Below are positions 41,469-53,804 of a DNA stretch of 64,000 nucleotides, in pieces. Source of the stretch: Octopus sinensis. Lineage: Eukaryota. The stretch is taken from positions 41,230,001-41,294,000 of the forward strand of contig NC_043015.1 in the NCBI RefSeq assembly GCF_006345805.1. The letters run 5' to 3'. The notes below the pieces were generated by a model, which was given only the letters and a program-made list of their open reading frames with translations, made no database searches and was not told the origin of the DNA. Every line of letters starts with the position of its first letter. Position 1 is the stretch's first letter. Position numbers and translations under genes: made by a program.

Positions 41469-42404
41469 CACACACACAAACATATATATATATATCATCA
41501 TTTAACGTCCGCCTTCCTTCATGCTGGCATGGCTGGGACTATGTACATATATATATCATCATCGTTTAACATCCGTTTTCCATGCTGGCATGAGTTGGAC
41601 GGTTTGGCTAAGGTCTAGAAAGCCAGCAGCTGCACCAGGGTCCAGTCCAGTCTGATTTGGCAAGGTTTCTATAGCTGGATGCCCTTCCTCACGCCAATCA
41701 CTCTGAGAGTGGATGGGTGCTTTTTACATGCCACCGGCACAGGAGTCAGTCATGTGGGCCTGGCATTGATTATGTTTGGATAGTGCTTTTTACGTGCCAG
41801 CAGCATGGGAACTAGTCAGGGAGTACTGGCATTGGCCACGTTCAAACGGTGCTTTTTACGTGCCACTGGCACAGGAGCTAGTCAGGTGGACCTGGCATCA
41901 ACCATGTACGTATATATATATAGGCACAGGTATGGATACACACACGCACACACACACTATACAAACATTTCACTATTACTGTGTCATATAGGTAACTTAA
42001 GTGGCTTAGTGGTTAGGGCATTCAGCTCAAGATCGTAAGGTCATGAGTTCAATTCCCAATGATGCATCGTGTCCTTGAGCAAGACATTTTACTTCACGTT
42101 GCTCCAGTCCATTCAGCTGGCAAAAATGAATTGTACCTGTATTTCAAAAAGCCTGTCTTGTCACACTCTGTGTCACACTGAAACTCCCTGAGAACTACGT
42201 TAAGGGTACACGTGTCTGTGGAGTGCTCAGCCACTTGCATGTTAATTTCACAAGCAAGCTGTTCCGTTGATCGTATCAGATGGGACCCTCGTCGTGCTGC
42301 TTTATGTAACCTACTATCATCTAACAGTTTCCCTAACTTCAATCCCAATATCTCAACTGACATTGTTTCATTAAAAATATTCCATTTCTTCTTTGTTTCT
42401 CAAG

Positions 42405-42470
42405 GACATGGATTATGCCGCTTCTTGCCAGAAAACTCAAACACAATTACAGACAGACAAGTTCATTCGG
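42405..42470 (+). CDS. ARHGAP45: F-BAR exon
   Basis: Pyrimidine tract + AAG acceptor, G|GTTAGT donor. DMDYAASCQKTQTQLQTDKFIR matches 'D.E.......T...LQ..KF.Q'; phase 0 to 0. Confidence 0.85.
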
Positions 42471-43665
42471 GTTAGTCAGTTTTGGAATTAGTTTATCATT
42501 TACCATATTTGTAGAACTTTGCTTATTCTGCAAGAAATAATTGTGATTAAGTTCATATTTTTCTTTCTTTCAGTTTGAAATTTTGAATCAATAAAATCGT
42601 TATTTGTATAATTAATAATTATTTTGTTCTCTTCATAAATTATAAGGTTGTTAGTTGGCAGAAAACAAGATTGTGTTTAAAAGAAAAGTTAGACCAAAAG
42701 CATTCACTGGCGGGAGATTTGGCTACTATTTCTTGTAGTCTGAGCTATTGTATAAAGGTTCCTAAGAATTGTAAAAAAAAAATGTGAAACCAAAGGGGAT
42801 TATTTGAGGAATATGTGGCTACTATTTTTTGTAGTTCCAGTTATGTAAAGGTTTTTAAGAATAGTAAAACCAAGAAATTGCAAAACTAAAAGAGTCTGAT
42901 GAAGATTTGGCTACTATTTCTTGCAACTTGAGCTACTGTGTAAAGGTTTCTATGAAAGTTCACTTGAAGGAGAGTCAGCTGTTTCTTTTAAATTGAGCTA
43001 TTGTTTAGAGGTTCCTGAGAAATGTGAAACCAAAGACTTTGGTTAGCCTGGGGCTATATTGGAAAATGCTTGCCCAAAATGTCACGCAGTGGGACTGAAC
43101 CTGAAACCATGTGGTTGGGAGTATGCTGCTACCCTGAGAAGAGCTAAGTACCCGTTTCCAGCTGGGTACACTAGCGAGTGCTCAGACAGCCCAAGTGTGA
43201 GGGTTCTTTTTTCTCGCGGTCCCAGTAGGATTTGAACCTGGATTGCTGGCTCTAGAGGCGCAGGCCTACATGACTACACCAATCTGGCAGTGCTTGAAAC
43301 CAGAGAAACCATTCCTACTTAAGGCATACTAAAACGGACAGCAGGTGGACACCCAGGAGTCATGACTCAGATGTGGCCCTCCCCCACTAGAGTGTCAGGA
43401 GTTAAGGGCCAAAACAGTTGACTAAAGGGGGTTTCTCCTCTGAGGACCACCTACTGTTATGCTCTTCCCAAGATTCTTTTCATCTAGATGGCGTAAATAT
43501 TGTAATAAATGGAAATGTTCTCTCTCTAGGTACAATTGTTAATCAGAAAACTTTAAACCTAAATTGCTCTGAATTTTTTCCTTTAACAAGAAATCTGTGA
43601 ACAAGTTACAATTTGACTGTTCAGTGAAGTCCTTCTTATTGTCTGTCTGTTGCTGCTATTTCTAG

Positions 43666-43746
43666 CCACTTGCTACACGACGAGCTGAACATGATAAAAT
43701 AAGGAAAAATATTAAAGAGTCTTGGAACCGAGAAGTGAAGAAAATG
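43666..43746 (+). CDS. ARHGAP45: F-BAR exon
   Basis: TTTCTAG acceptor, G|GTAAGT donor. PLATRRAEHDKIRKNIKESWNREVKKM matches 'PL..RR.EHEK.RKEIKE.W'; phase 0 to 0. Confidence 0.93.
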
Positions 43747-43797
43747 GTAAGTTCTTCTTGATTGTTTTTTGTATTTTGGAATTCTGTTTGAAGGTAA

Positions 43798-45165
43798 CAG
43801 GCGTGGCTGTGTGGTAAGAAGTTTACTTCCCAAATTCATGGACTTTGGGTTCAATCCCACTGCAATGCACCTTGGGCAAGTGACATCTACTATAGCCTTG
43901 GACCAACCAAAGCCTTGTGGGTGGATTTGGTAGATAGAAACTGAAAGAAGCCTCTGTGTGTGTGTGTGTGTGTGTGTGTTCCACCACTGCTTGACAATCG
44001 TTGTTGGTTTGTTTGTGTCCCTGTAACTTTGCGGTACAGTGAAAGGGACTGATAGAATAAGGAGCAGGCTTTAAAAAGATTTTAGTCTTGGGGTTGATTT
44101 CTTCAATTAAAACCCTTCAAGGCAGTGCCCCAGCATGGTCGCAGTTCAATGCCTGAAACAAGTGAAAAATAAAAGATATGGGCACAGACATGGCTGTATG
44201 GGTATGAAATCTACTTGACAATCAGGTGGTTGTGTGTTCAAGCCCTTTGAGTGGTACCTTGTGTAAAAGGTCTTCTCTCGTGGTATCAAGTCAAAAAAGT
44301 GAAAACAAACCCATGTGAATGAAATTTGGTAAACAGGAATGGTGTAGAAGCCTATTAGAAATGGGTGTGTAATAGGTGTGGGCATGGGTGTCTAGTTAAA
44401 GTGCTTACTTTGCACCCACATGATTCTGGGTTCAATCCCACCGTACTGCTTTTCAGCCAGTGTCTTCTACTATTGTCCTTGGCTGACCCCAACCCCTTGC
44501 GAGTGAACTTGGTCAGTAGAAACTTTGTGGAAGCCCATTGTGTGTTTGCGTTTGTCATCGCCCTCGTGCCCCTCACCCCACCCCACCCCACTCCCCATCG
44601 TATCACAACTTGACAGTCAGTGTTGGTTTTTGTCTGTGTAGCTTGTTCGGCAAAAGTGACCAATTAAAAAGGAACCAAATAATAATAATAAAATTCTGGG
44701 GTTAATTTGTTTGACTAAAGGAGTGGCTGTGTGGTAAGTAACTTGCCTACCAACCACATGGTTCTGGGTTCAGTCCCACTGCGTGGCACCTTGGGCAAGT
44801 GTCTTCTGCTATAGCCTCAGGCCGTCCAAAGCCTGGTGAGTGGATTTGGTAGACGGAAACTGAAGGAAGCCATATAGGTATGTGTGTGTATATGTTTGTG
44901 TGTCTGTGTTTGTCTCCCCAACATTGCTTGACAACCGATGCTGGTGTGTTTACATCCCGTAACTTAGCGGTTTGGCAAAAGAGACCGATAGAATAAGTAC
45001 TAGGCTTCCAAAGAATAAGTCCCGGGGTCGATCTGTTTGACTAAAGGCGGTGCTCCAGCATGGCCGCAATCAAATGACTGAAACAAGTAAAAGGGTAAAA
45101 GAGTAAACCCTTCAAGGCAGTGCCCCAGCTTGGCCACAGCCTAATGACCGGAACAAGTAAAAGAT
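43798..45165 (+). mobile_element. Stack of nested/tandem SINE family A copies filling the intron between exons 43666 and 45201
   Basis: Heads at about 43798, 44180, 44375 and 44719. The well-preserved copy 44719-45105 interrupts an older tail. Confidence 0.75.
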
Positions 45166-45200
45166 GAAAGCCTGTTTATTGCTGTTTATTCCCCTTTCAG

Positions 45201-45383
45201 CAAGAATCCATCTCCAACTTGCGCAAGGCTCAGTCGTTGTTCTACAAAAGCAAACAAGAAAACGAAAAGGCTCGGGAAATGGCAAACAAGGCAGAGACAG
45301 AGATGAACATCCAAGGCAGCAGCAGCACGATTTCCACCAAAGTGGACAAGCGCAAGAAAATAGTGGAAGACACCATGAATCGG
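45201..45383 (+). CDS. ARHGAP45: F-BAR coiled-coil exon; last exon of this gene that I can identify in the window
   Basis: CCCCTTTCAG acceptor, G|GTAAGT donor. QESISNLRKAQSLFYKSKQENEKAREMANKAETE...TKVDKRKKIVEDTMNR matches 'QEAESNLRKAK....EKAR....KAE.E...K.LDKRRR'; phase 0 to 0. Confidence 0.93.
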
Positions 45384-45870
45384 GTAAGTGCTACGTTGTT
45401 TACCATTTTCGTTTGTTGTCCATGTTTTAGACTTGCTTCAGCAGAATCCTTCTTCACACGTGTTCCGCTCCGCTCCGCTCATGACCATCCTATCTGAGTT
45501 TTTATTTTCAGACCCTAATATTGAATTGCTTTCTTCAGTATGTCCTTCTTTTGTCTGTGATTTGAGGGAGATTTGGTTGTTGGTGTTCATTTTGGTTGTC
45601 ATAGTAGTAGTAGTAATAGTAGTATCGGTGGTGGTGGTGGTGCAGAATGAGACAGTTTGGCTCAGCTGTTTTGAAGCTGAATTTTTGGCATGGCTCACTG
45701 GTGTTTCAGCTCGTTTTGCTGACCACAGTTTGGTACTGGAAGCAAACACACACACACTTGCATGTATATTTTTGCACACATGCATGTGTGTATACACACA
45801 TAAATATATACATACAGACAGAATGAGAGAGAGAGGGTGAGATGGTCCAATTTATTAACCCCTTTAGCAT

Positions 45871-46100
45871 TTAACCCTTTCGTTACTGTATTTCTGTTGT
45901 GATGCTCTGTGTTTCTTTCAATTAATTTTAAATATAAACAAAGAATTTAGTAAAATAACTCAGTTATCATTAAGCTAGTGTTAAGAACATAAATTGTGAC
46001 TAAGATTTGGAGGAAGATTTTAATTCAAAACTTATGAAAACAAGACATTTGTACTCAGAGCCAGAACCGGTTTCAGCCGTTTTGGTAATGAAAGGGTTAA
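45871..46100. mobile_element. piggyBac-type MITE (variant A)
   Basis: TTAA-CCCTTTCGTTAC...GTAATGAAAGGG-TTAA: TIRs with TTAA target sites, no ORF. Confidence 0.8.
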
Positions 46101-46266
46101 ATAATTCCTAATAATATTTAATTAATGGAAGATTTTTTAAACCTCAAATGGCTATAAGGGTCCACCCGAGCAAAATAGGAATCAAAGGGGTCTATATGTA
46201 AAAACTGACTGATAAATTAGCCCCTATTATCTTGTGATAAATTATCTCTAGTATTTTGTTGTGATA

Positions 46267-46490
46267 TTAACCCTTTCATTACCGTATTTATTTTGAGATG
46301 TTCTGTATTTCTTTCTATTAAGTTTAGATATAACAAAGAATTTAATAAAAATAACTTTGTTACCATTCAGCTAGTGTTGGGAACATAAATTGTGACTAAG
46401 GTTTGGTGGAAGATTTCAATTCAAAACTTATGAAAACAAGACATTTGGACTCAGAGCTAGTTTCAGCCGGGTTGGTAACAGAAAGGTTAA
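46267..46490. mobile_element. piggyBac-type MITE (variant B)
   Basis: TTAA-CCCTTTCATTACC...GGTAACAGAAAGG-TTAA; same family as 45871. Confidence 0.78.
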
Positions 46491-46766
46491 ATTGGTCATA
46501 TTCATCCCAAATATTCTACCTATTTTACATTGAAACCAGCCAGCCCTGACATCTCACACCTACGCTAAAATGTCATTCTAAAAATAAACAATCTCCACAT
46601 TGAATTTGTGAAGCCATAATATAATGCAGGATAAATTTAAAACAATTTGAATAAATAAGCATTGAATTTGACAAAATAATCTGAATAACAAAGGTTCCAA
46701 TTGAATCTGTTTGACAAACACTTTCTCTCTCCTGATACACATAAAGAAAAATTAATTCACACACAT

Positions 46767-46836
<70 letters not shown>

Positions 46837-48589
46837 CATTAAAATGCCTGTGAATTAAATAGCTGAATCAGGAGTGCCAAATAGGCGGCACCACAACAGC
46901 TGAGCCAAAACGTCCCATAGTGGTGGTGGTGGTGGTGGTGATGAGGTCATATAACCCCGGGTCATACTTCTTCAGCAGACCTATAGTCCAAAACCAAAGG
47001 TGATTCAGCTGTGACTGTCCCATCTTTTTTTTCTTTTTTTTTTATTCTGTCACAGTGTACCACGGACTACATTATCTAATGAATCTTTTTACTGCTTTAA
47101 ACATAAAACGTGATTCCAAAGATTTCAGTTGCTATGTCTAGCTAGTGGAGTGACTCCACAGAAGCAACATCCCATTGGCACGTTCAATGTCTGTCTTGTT
47201 TGTCTGTGTCCCTCGCGTTTGTTCAACATTTAAATTCTGCATCTATTTTTTTTTGCTTTCACATAATTATTAAAAAAAAAAATTTAATTTTTTTTTGAAA
47301 AATATTTTCTTTATGAATCGTGTGTCAACTGAGATACATCCTTGCGTGTTGTTGTGAATTATTTTTGGTTTATTATGACATATGACACTGATGGAATGTA
47401 GGTTGGAAATGTTTCCACCACCCCAACACACACCCCCACCCCACCCCTCCTTCCTCTCCCAACCACATCACAGTTTCTGATTTTTTCCGACCAATCACAT
47501 TTGAGTATTTTTACTGCTGGTGCTGGAGACAAGATTAAACAACACAAATAACCAAAAAAAAAAAACAAAAAAACAACACAAATAACAAAAAAAAAACAAA
47601 AAAAAATTAACAAAAAAAAGCAAACAGCAACAATATGGTATTGTTGGCTATAGGCGGAAATTGTTGCTTTCGTCTATTTAGTGATATTTTATACTCATCA
47701 TCATCATCATCACCACCAGCAGCCACCGTTTGTACAATGTAGGTTGTTGAAAATAGATGAGTGAGGGCACGACAACAAGGAATGCTTTTTATGCAGATAT
47801 TTTGCTCTTTTTTTTTTTTTTTTAAAGTATGGAGATTAAATTCTAATCTGGTCAGTTCCCACCCACTTTCCCTTTCCCCTCCTGGGCCCCACAGTTTTAA
47901 TCTTTGCCTCTTTCAACTTCACCCTCTGCAACAACACAACTCTTCTATTCATCTGCAATCCGTAAAAGACAAGAAAAAAAACAAGAGAAAACAGTTTTTT
48001 TTTTCTCTTTTAAGTTAAAATAAGTAAATAAATATATACATTTTACACATCTGTGTATGCGTATATTCTAAACAATAGAGGGTGTATATATTTTATTTCA
48101 CTAAGCTGTTTCAAACAATTCTTTCTGTTGCAACTTTATTTTTTTTTAATGCTTTATATGTTTGTGTGTGTGTGTGTGACTTAGATTTCTGTATAATCTA
48201 CTCCCAGGTTTCTTATTAACCAAACTTAATCCTTAATTCTTTAATTGTGGGGAGCAGAAGACCAAACAAGCTTTTTTTATGTATTTGTATTTTTGCCTCA
48301 TTCACACTTCTCTCTCTCTCTCTCTCTCTCTCGCTCACCCCTTTCTTCCCCTCCTGTCTTCTTTCACCTTTATTTGTGAAATAACTGATGTCTTTTAGAG
48401 AATAAATATTTCTGGTCTTTAGCTTACTAACTTTTATGACAATCTTTTATCAGGGTAGAACTTCAGTCAAAATAAGTACCGGTAATATACGGTGGTTGAT
48501 TCAATTCAGATGATGCCTCTTCACCAAAACTTTTGTCTGTGTGTCCAGCTGAACCATTATTAAATACCTCTCTGTTGTTAGCACCTATT

Positions 48590-48958
48590 GATAAACACCT
48601 CACCGTCATTAACGCCTCACCATCATTAACGCCTCACCATCATTAACGCCTTACCGTCATTGATGTACTGCTGTCTTTAACACACTTCCGTTGTTAATGA
48701 CTTTCTGTTGGAAAACACTTCACCGTCATTAACACTTCACTGTCGTTGACATACTGCCGTCATTTATACATTGCTGCTGTTAATGCCTCACTATTGTCAA
48801 ACACCTCACTGTCGTCACGTGCCTCCCTGTCATTTAACATCTCACTGTCGTTAAATACCTCACACCGTCATTAATGCTTTGCCATCATTAACACACCGTC
48901 GTTCTTAATGTCTCACTGTTGTTAAATGCTTCACAGTCATTTAACATCTTGTTGTTAA
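48590..48958. repeat. Degenerate 17-19-bp minisatellite (CCTCACCGTCATTAACG-like)
   Basis: Near-perfect units at 48598-48660 decaying downstream. Confidence 0.8.
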
Positions 48959-49368
48959 AAAAAGTCCTTCCCCACAGACTAATGTTCAATGTTTGTAATA
49001 GCAGTCAAATCTCACTTTTATCATATCTTACCATCTGAAAAATGGAAGGACAGATAGGATAATGTAATTCTATATAGACTAAAAAAGCAAATGCCATGGA
49101 ATGCCTTTGGTAATTATCGGATCATTCAGTAATGACCAAACAACACATCTTCCTTACATCTGGTCTGAAATGAAAACCTGTATCCTATTAGTAGTTGTTG
49201 GGTTAACCAACAAAGGTTTTTTATCTTTTTATTGCTTGGTGAGGGCTTGTTATCCTAGCAGGGTTTGTTCCTTCTCTGGCCTGGCAGAATCCATGCCTTA
49301 TTCTGATTTTTTTCCCTTTTTTTTTTTAACTTCTAAGTTGCTGGGATATAAACAAACCAACACCAGTT

Positions 49369-49886
49369 CTATATTTAAGAGATGAGGAATTATATACATT
49401 ATTTACAATTAATATATATTTGTTCTCATCTTGTTTGTTGTTAACACAACATTTCGGCTGATATACCCTCCAGCCTTCATCAAGTGTCTTGGGGAAATTT
49501 CGAACCTGGGTTCTCATTCCTAAGGTATTTTTTGATGTTATCATCATCATCATCATTATTATGCAAGTCACTGCTTGGAACTGAACTTGGAATCTTGGGG
49601 TTAGTAGCCTGCACTTTTAACCGCTACACCATATGCTCACAGGCATATGGTGTAGCGGTTAAAAGTGCAGGCTACTAACCCCAAGATTCCAAGTTCAGTT
49701 CCAAGCAGTGACCTGAATAATAATGATGATGATGATGATGATGATATTGAAAAATACCTTAGAAATGAGAACCCAGGTTCGAAATTTCCCCAAGACACCT
49801 GATGAAGGTTGGAGGGTATATCAGCTGAAATATTGTGTTAACAACAAACAAAATAAGGACAAATATCCGTCAAATGTAAATAATAT
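49369..49886. mobile_element. Palindromic element with ~245-bp arms, each a tRNA-like head + Penelope-type hammerhead motif; 15-bp TSD
   Basis: Arms ~49395-49636 and 49643-49886 around loop TCACAG; flanked by AAACCAACACCAGTT at 49354-49368 and 49887-49901. Confidence 0.8.
49794..49839 (+). ncRNA. Degenerate minimal hammerhead-ribozyme-like motif
   Basis: GACAC-CTGATGA-A-GGTTG...CAGCT-GAAA-TATT-GTGTT. The mirror copy on - has a perfect GGCTG/CAGCC stem II but a TTGATGA core. Confidence 0.5.
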
Positions 49887-49948
49887 AAACCAACACCAGT
49901 TTTCAAGTAATGGGATACACACTCATCATATATTTATGTATGTATAAT

Positions 49949-50355
49949 AGGCGCAGGAGTGGCTGTGTGGTAAGTAGCTTGTTTACCAACCACATGGTTC
50001 CGGGTTCAGTCCCACTGTGTGGCACCTTGGGCAAGTGGCTTGTACTATAGCTTCAGGCCGACCAAAGCCTTGTGAGTGGATTTGAAAGACAGAAACTGAA
50101 AGAAGCCCGTCGTATATATGTATATATATGCGTGTGTGTGTTTGTGTGTCTGTGTTTGTCCCCCTAGCATTGCTTGACAACCGATGCTGGTGTGTTTATG
50201 TCCCCGTTACTTAGCGGTTCGGCAAAAGAGACCGATAGAATAAAGTACTGGGCTTACAAAAGAATAAGTCCTGGGGTCGAGTTGCTCGATTAAAGGCGGT
50301 GCTCCTGCATGGCCGCAGTCAAATGACTGAAACAAATAAAAGAGTAAAAAAAGAG
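49949..50355 (+). mobile_element. SINE family A, full length
   Basis: AGGCGCAGGAGTGGCTGTGTGG head to AAAAGAGTAAAA tail. Confidence 0.85.
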
Positions 50356-50694
50356 TATACTAGAGCTTCTTTCAGTTTCTGTCTATCAAATCCACAAGGC
50401 CTTATTTAGCCTGGGGCTTTAGTAAAAGACGCTTGCCAAAAGCACCACCCCGGGGGATTGAGCATAAAGCCATGAAGTTAGGAAGAAAGCCTTGTAACTT
50501 ATTCACTAAACCATGCTCTGGGTTTGAAAGTCATCTGAGATATTTGAAACTCAATCTCACCTGACAAATCTCTGCATATACAGGTGAAGGCTTTGTACAG
50601 GTATGAGCTGTATGGTAATACAGTCGTATCACAGGTAACATTATTTTGTGGCGAAGTCAAATGTTGCTTCAGTGGTCAGGTTTGATTCTGAGCT

Positions 50695-50770
50695 TGACGT
50701 CATTTGAATATTTGTTTACAATGTCGACAGCGTTTGCATAAAATGGCGCAGTGACTTTAGTAACCCGCCC
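50695..50770. promoter_or_regulatory. Candidate intronic enhancer/promoter motif cluster
   Basis: TGACGTCA (CRE, 50695), TGTTTAC (forkhead, 50713), TTTGCAT (POU-like, 50733), AAAATGGCG (YY1, 50740) and CCCGCCC (GC box, 50764) within 76 bp. Motif evidence only. Confidence 0.35.
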
Positions 50771-50791
50771 TACATGCTCACTCATTTGTTT

Positions 50792-51263
50792 CTGTGTGTG
50801 TGTATGTGTGTATGTATGTATTTGTGTGTATGTATGTATTTGTGTGTACGTATGTATGTATGTATGTGTGTGTATGTATGTGTGTGTGTGCATGTATGTA
50901 TGTATATATGTGTGTATGAGTGTATGTATGCATGCATGTATGTATGCATGTATGCATGTATGCATGTGTGTATGTATGTATGTGTGTATGTATGTATGGA
51001 TGCTTGTATGTATGTATGTGTGTATGTATGTGTGTATGTATATGTGTGTGTATGTATGCATGTGTGTGTGTATGTATGTGTGTGTGTATGTATGCATGTG
51101 TGTGTGTATGTATGCATGTGTGTGTGTATGTATGTGTGTGTGTGTATGTATGTATGTGTGTGTGTATGTATGTATGTATGTGTATGTATGTATGTATATG
51201 TGTGTGTGTATGTATGTATATGTGTGTATGTATACTATGTATGTATGTATGTATGTATGTATG
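50792..51263. repeat. (TATG)/(TG)/(CATG) microsatellite
   Basis: Direct reading. Confidence 0.95.
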
Positions 51264-51502
51264 TGGAATGGTAGGATCAAAAATGTATAAATAAAAACAC
51301 TTAAAAAAAAATAAATAATGCCAAAACCACAAAAGCATGAAACAGCTCGTCAGATGCAGCAGAAACCAGGGTTGTTGATTATTCACAAAAAACATGCATC
51401 TTGCATTTGGGTCAAAGGCTGAAGCCAGAATATTAAATTCATTGAGGGTGTGACAGTAATATGAATACAAAAACAGTTGATATGATATTCAGTGTAACCA
51501 AC

Positions 51503-51534
<32 letters not shown>

Positions 51535-51906
51535 CTAGCAGTATCGCCCGGCGTTGCTCAGGTTTGTAAGGGAAATAACTATAAAGCATTTTTAGAGAGT
51601 ATAGCCAAAAAATAGCAAAAAAATGGGAAAAAAATGATGGTAAATTTTTTTTAGTTAAAAAAGGTGGAGTTGCGTCCCCTAGACGGTCTGTGGTTTGTGT
51701 TTCTGATTCTCGACCCCATGTCGAATTATCGATTTTTTCAGAACTGGGGGAACTTTTCAAAATTTTCGCTGCGTTAGTTTTGAATTATGACATTGGGCTA
51801 TGTGTGTGTCAAGTTTCATCAGAATCGGTTGAAAGCCGTGGTCAGGGTGAGGGTACAAGCAAACAGACACACAGAAACACGCACAGACAAACTGCCGTTT
51901 ATATAT

Positions 51907-51909
<3 letters not shown>
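51535..51909 (-). mobile_element. Non-autonomous Helitron-like element
   Basis: Minus strand A|TCTATATATAAACGGC...CCTGAGCAACGCCGGGCGATACTGCTAG|T: 5' TC, subterminal hairpin, 3' CTAG, inserted between A and T in a (TA)n tract. Confidence 0.8.
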
Positions 51910-51974
<65 letters not shown>

Positions 51975-53804
51975 GATATATATATATATATATATATATA
52001 CTGACATATGGTTCTACATGTTTATATTTAGTTGTTTTGACTGAACCGTCTACTTCTCACCCACCATGTTATTTTTAGTTAACTCTTTTAATGCTCCATA
52101 CTTCAGATATTTTGTCATAACAATTCCTCATACCATGTTTTTAACACTTCATTCATCATGTCTTCGCTAACTTATCTGTCTCGCACATCACATGTAGACA
52201 TTAGTTGGGGTTTTTAATTCTCTGTGCTTTACAGATGTCAGCACTAACTTATCTGTGTGTTGTGCATGCCACATGTTTATTTTTTTTAGCCGACTGTTTA
52301 ACCACATGGTGTTACTTGGTGGCCAGTGGCCAGTTAGTGTAAGGGAGATAATCATGTCTACATAATATTTGGTGGGATTATAAGTTAGAAATTTAAAATC
52401 AAAGAACAAGGAAGAATAAAATATGGAGTTTGCAGTTTTATTTAATTTATTTATTTTGCTTACTTCTTACGATGACTTTGTAATTTCTAGTCTTTGGGAA
52501 TCCAGTATAGATCCATTTCATTCTTATTTGAAACCATCAGCATGACATAACCTGAGTTAAATAAATTAAACCTAATTAAACATTTTACAAATTGAGACAT
52601 TTATTCCATGCATTATTAAACATGTGGACACTAACTCAACCTGTTTGTTTGTCCCACTACATGTTTTAATTCAATTTTTTTTCTTTTATGCTTCATGCTT
52701 TAAATATTCTAACATTAATTAATCTAATTTAAACTTTCAATTGATCAATCAGATCTGAAAATGTAGAATTTTTTTTTAAAAATCTCCCTTATTTATTTAT
52801 TTATTTATTTATTTTTTCCCAATCTTTCATATTTTTCTGTGAGAAAATTCTTACATCACAAACTAATAAACGCTGGGCAATTTAATTGGATTGGCTAATG
52901 AGGAAGCAGCAGAGACGGTGACATGATGCTTCTTGGCATTTAGAAAATATTTACATCGGTGTTCCTTAACCGTTTTTGTTCCATGCCCCAATCTGATTCT
53001 CCCCTAAAAATGTTCACACACCCCCCCAATACCCCCACCACCATGAATGGCCAGAGTGTATAGTACACACGTGTGTGTGTAAACTTTCATTTAATCAAGA
53101 TATCCTCAGCCTGAAGAGTACCCTGTGGTATACACCTTACCTGGATATTTACCACTTCTGAGGTTCTGCTCGCTCTGAAACATATGTAGCCCAGGTCTTA
53201 TCCACTCCATTCCGTAACTCTTGTATTCTTATTCGCACACCCAGAAACCCTGGTTGCCTACCGTGAGATATAAAACAAACTTTTTTCAGTTTATCGTACT
53301 TCAGTATGAAAAAAATCCGCAACCTTCCGTCTCAATAAACCACTATTATCTCTGAAAGTTGGGGTTTTTTTTATATTCATTATGGATTACTTGAAGCTGA
53401 CTTCCTTCCTACACCTTGATCCTCAGATCTTACATTCATTTATAACCCCACACACACACACACAAGAAGTTTTAATTAAAACTTACCTGTCAGTTTTATT
53501 CACCTCATTCTAAAGTAACCTAGACCTCACCCAAATATTGCCATGCCCCACCAGTAAGGGTCGGTGGGTTTCATACCCCCCACATCTTTAAATATTGCTC
53601 TACATGTTATGTATTCTATTCTGTATTCACATTGGAACATCCAACCATATTTCTTTCTATGTTTTTATTTATTTATTGTTGCATTTTTGTTAATTTTTCT
53701 CTTCTTTTTCTGCTACATTTGTTTTTTTTTTTGTGGGGTTTTTTTTTTGATTAAACTTCAAATTCTGTTCTGTCTTCGTTTATTGTTCATCTTGCGGAAA
53801 CCCC

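Noticed and set aside
50890-51120. Cluster of TGCATG (Rbfox) motifs
   Set aside because: It arises readily from (TATG)n mutation and is far from any supported exon.
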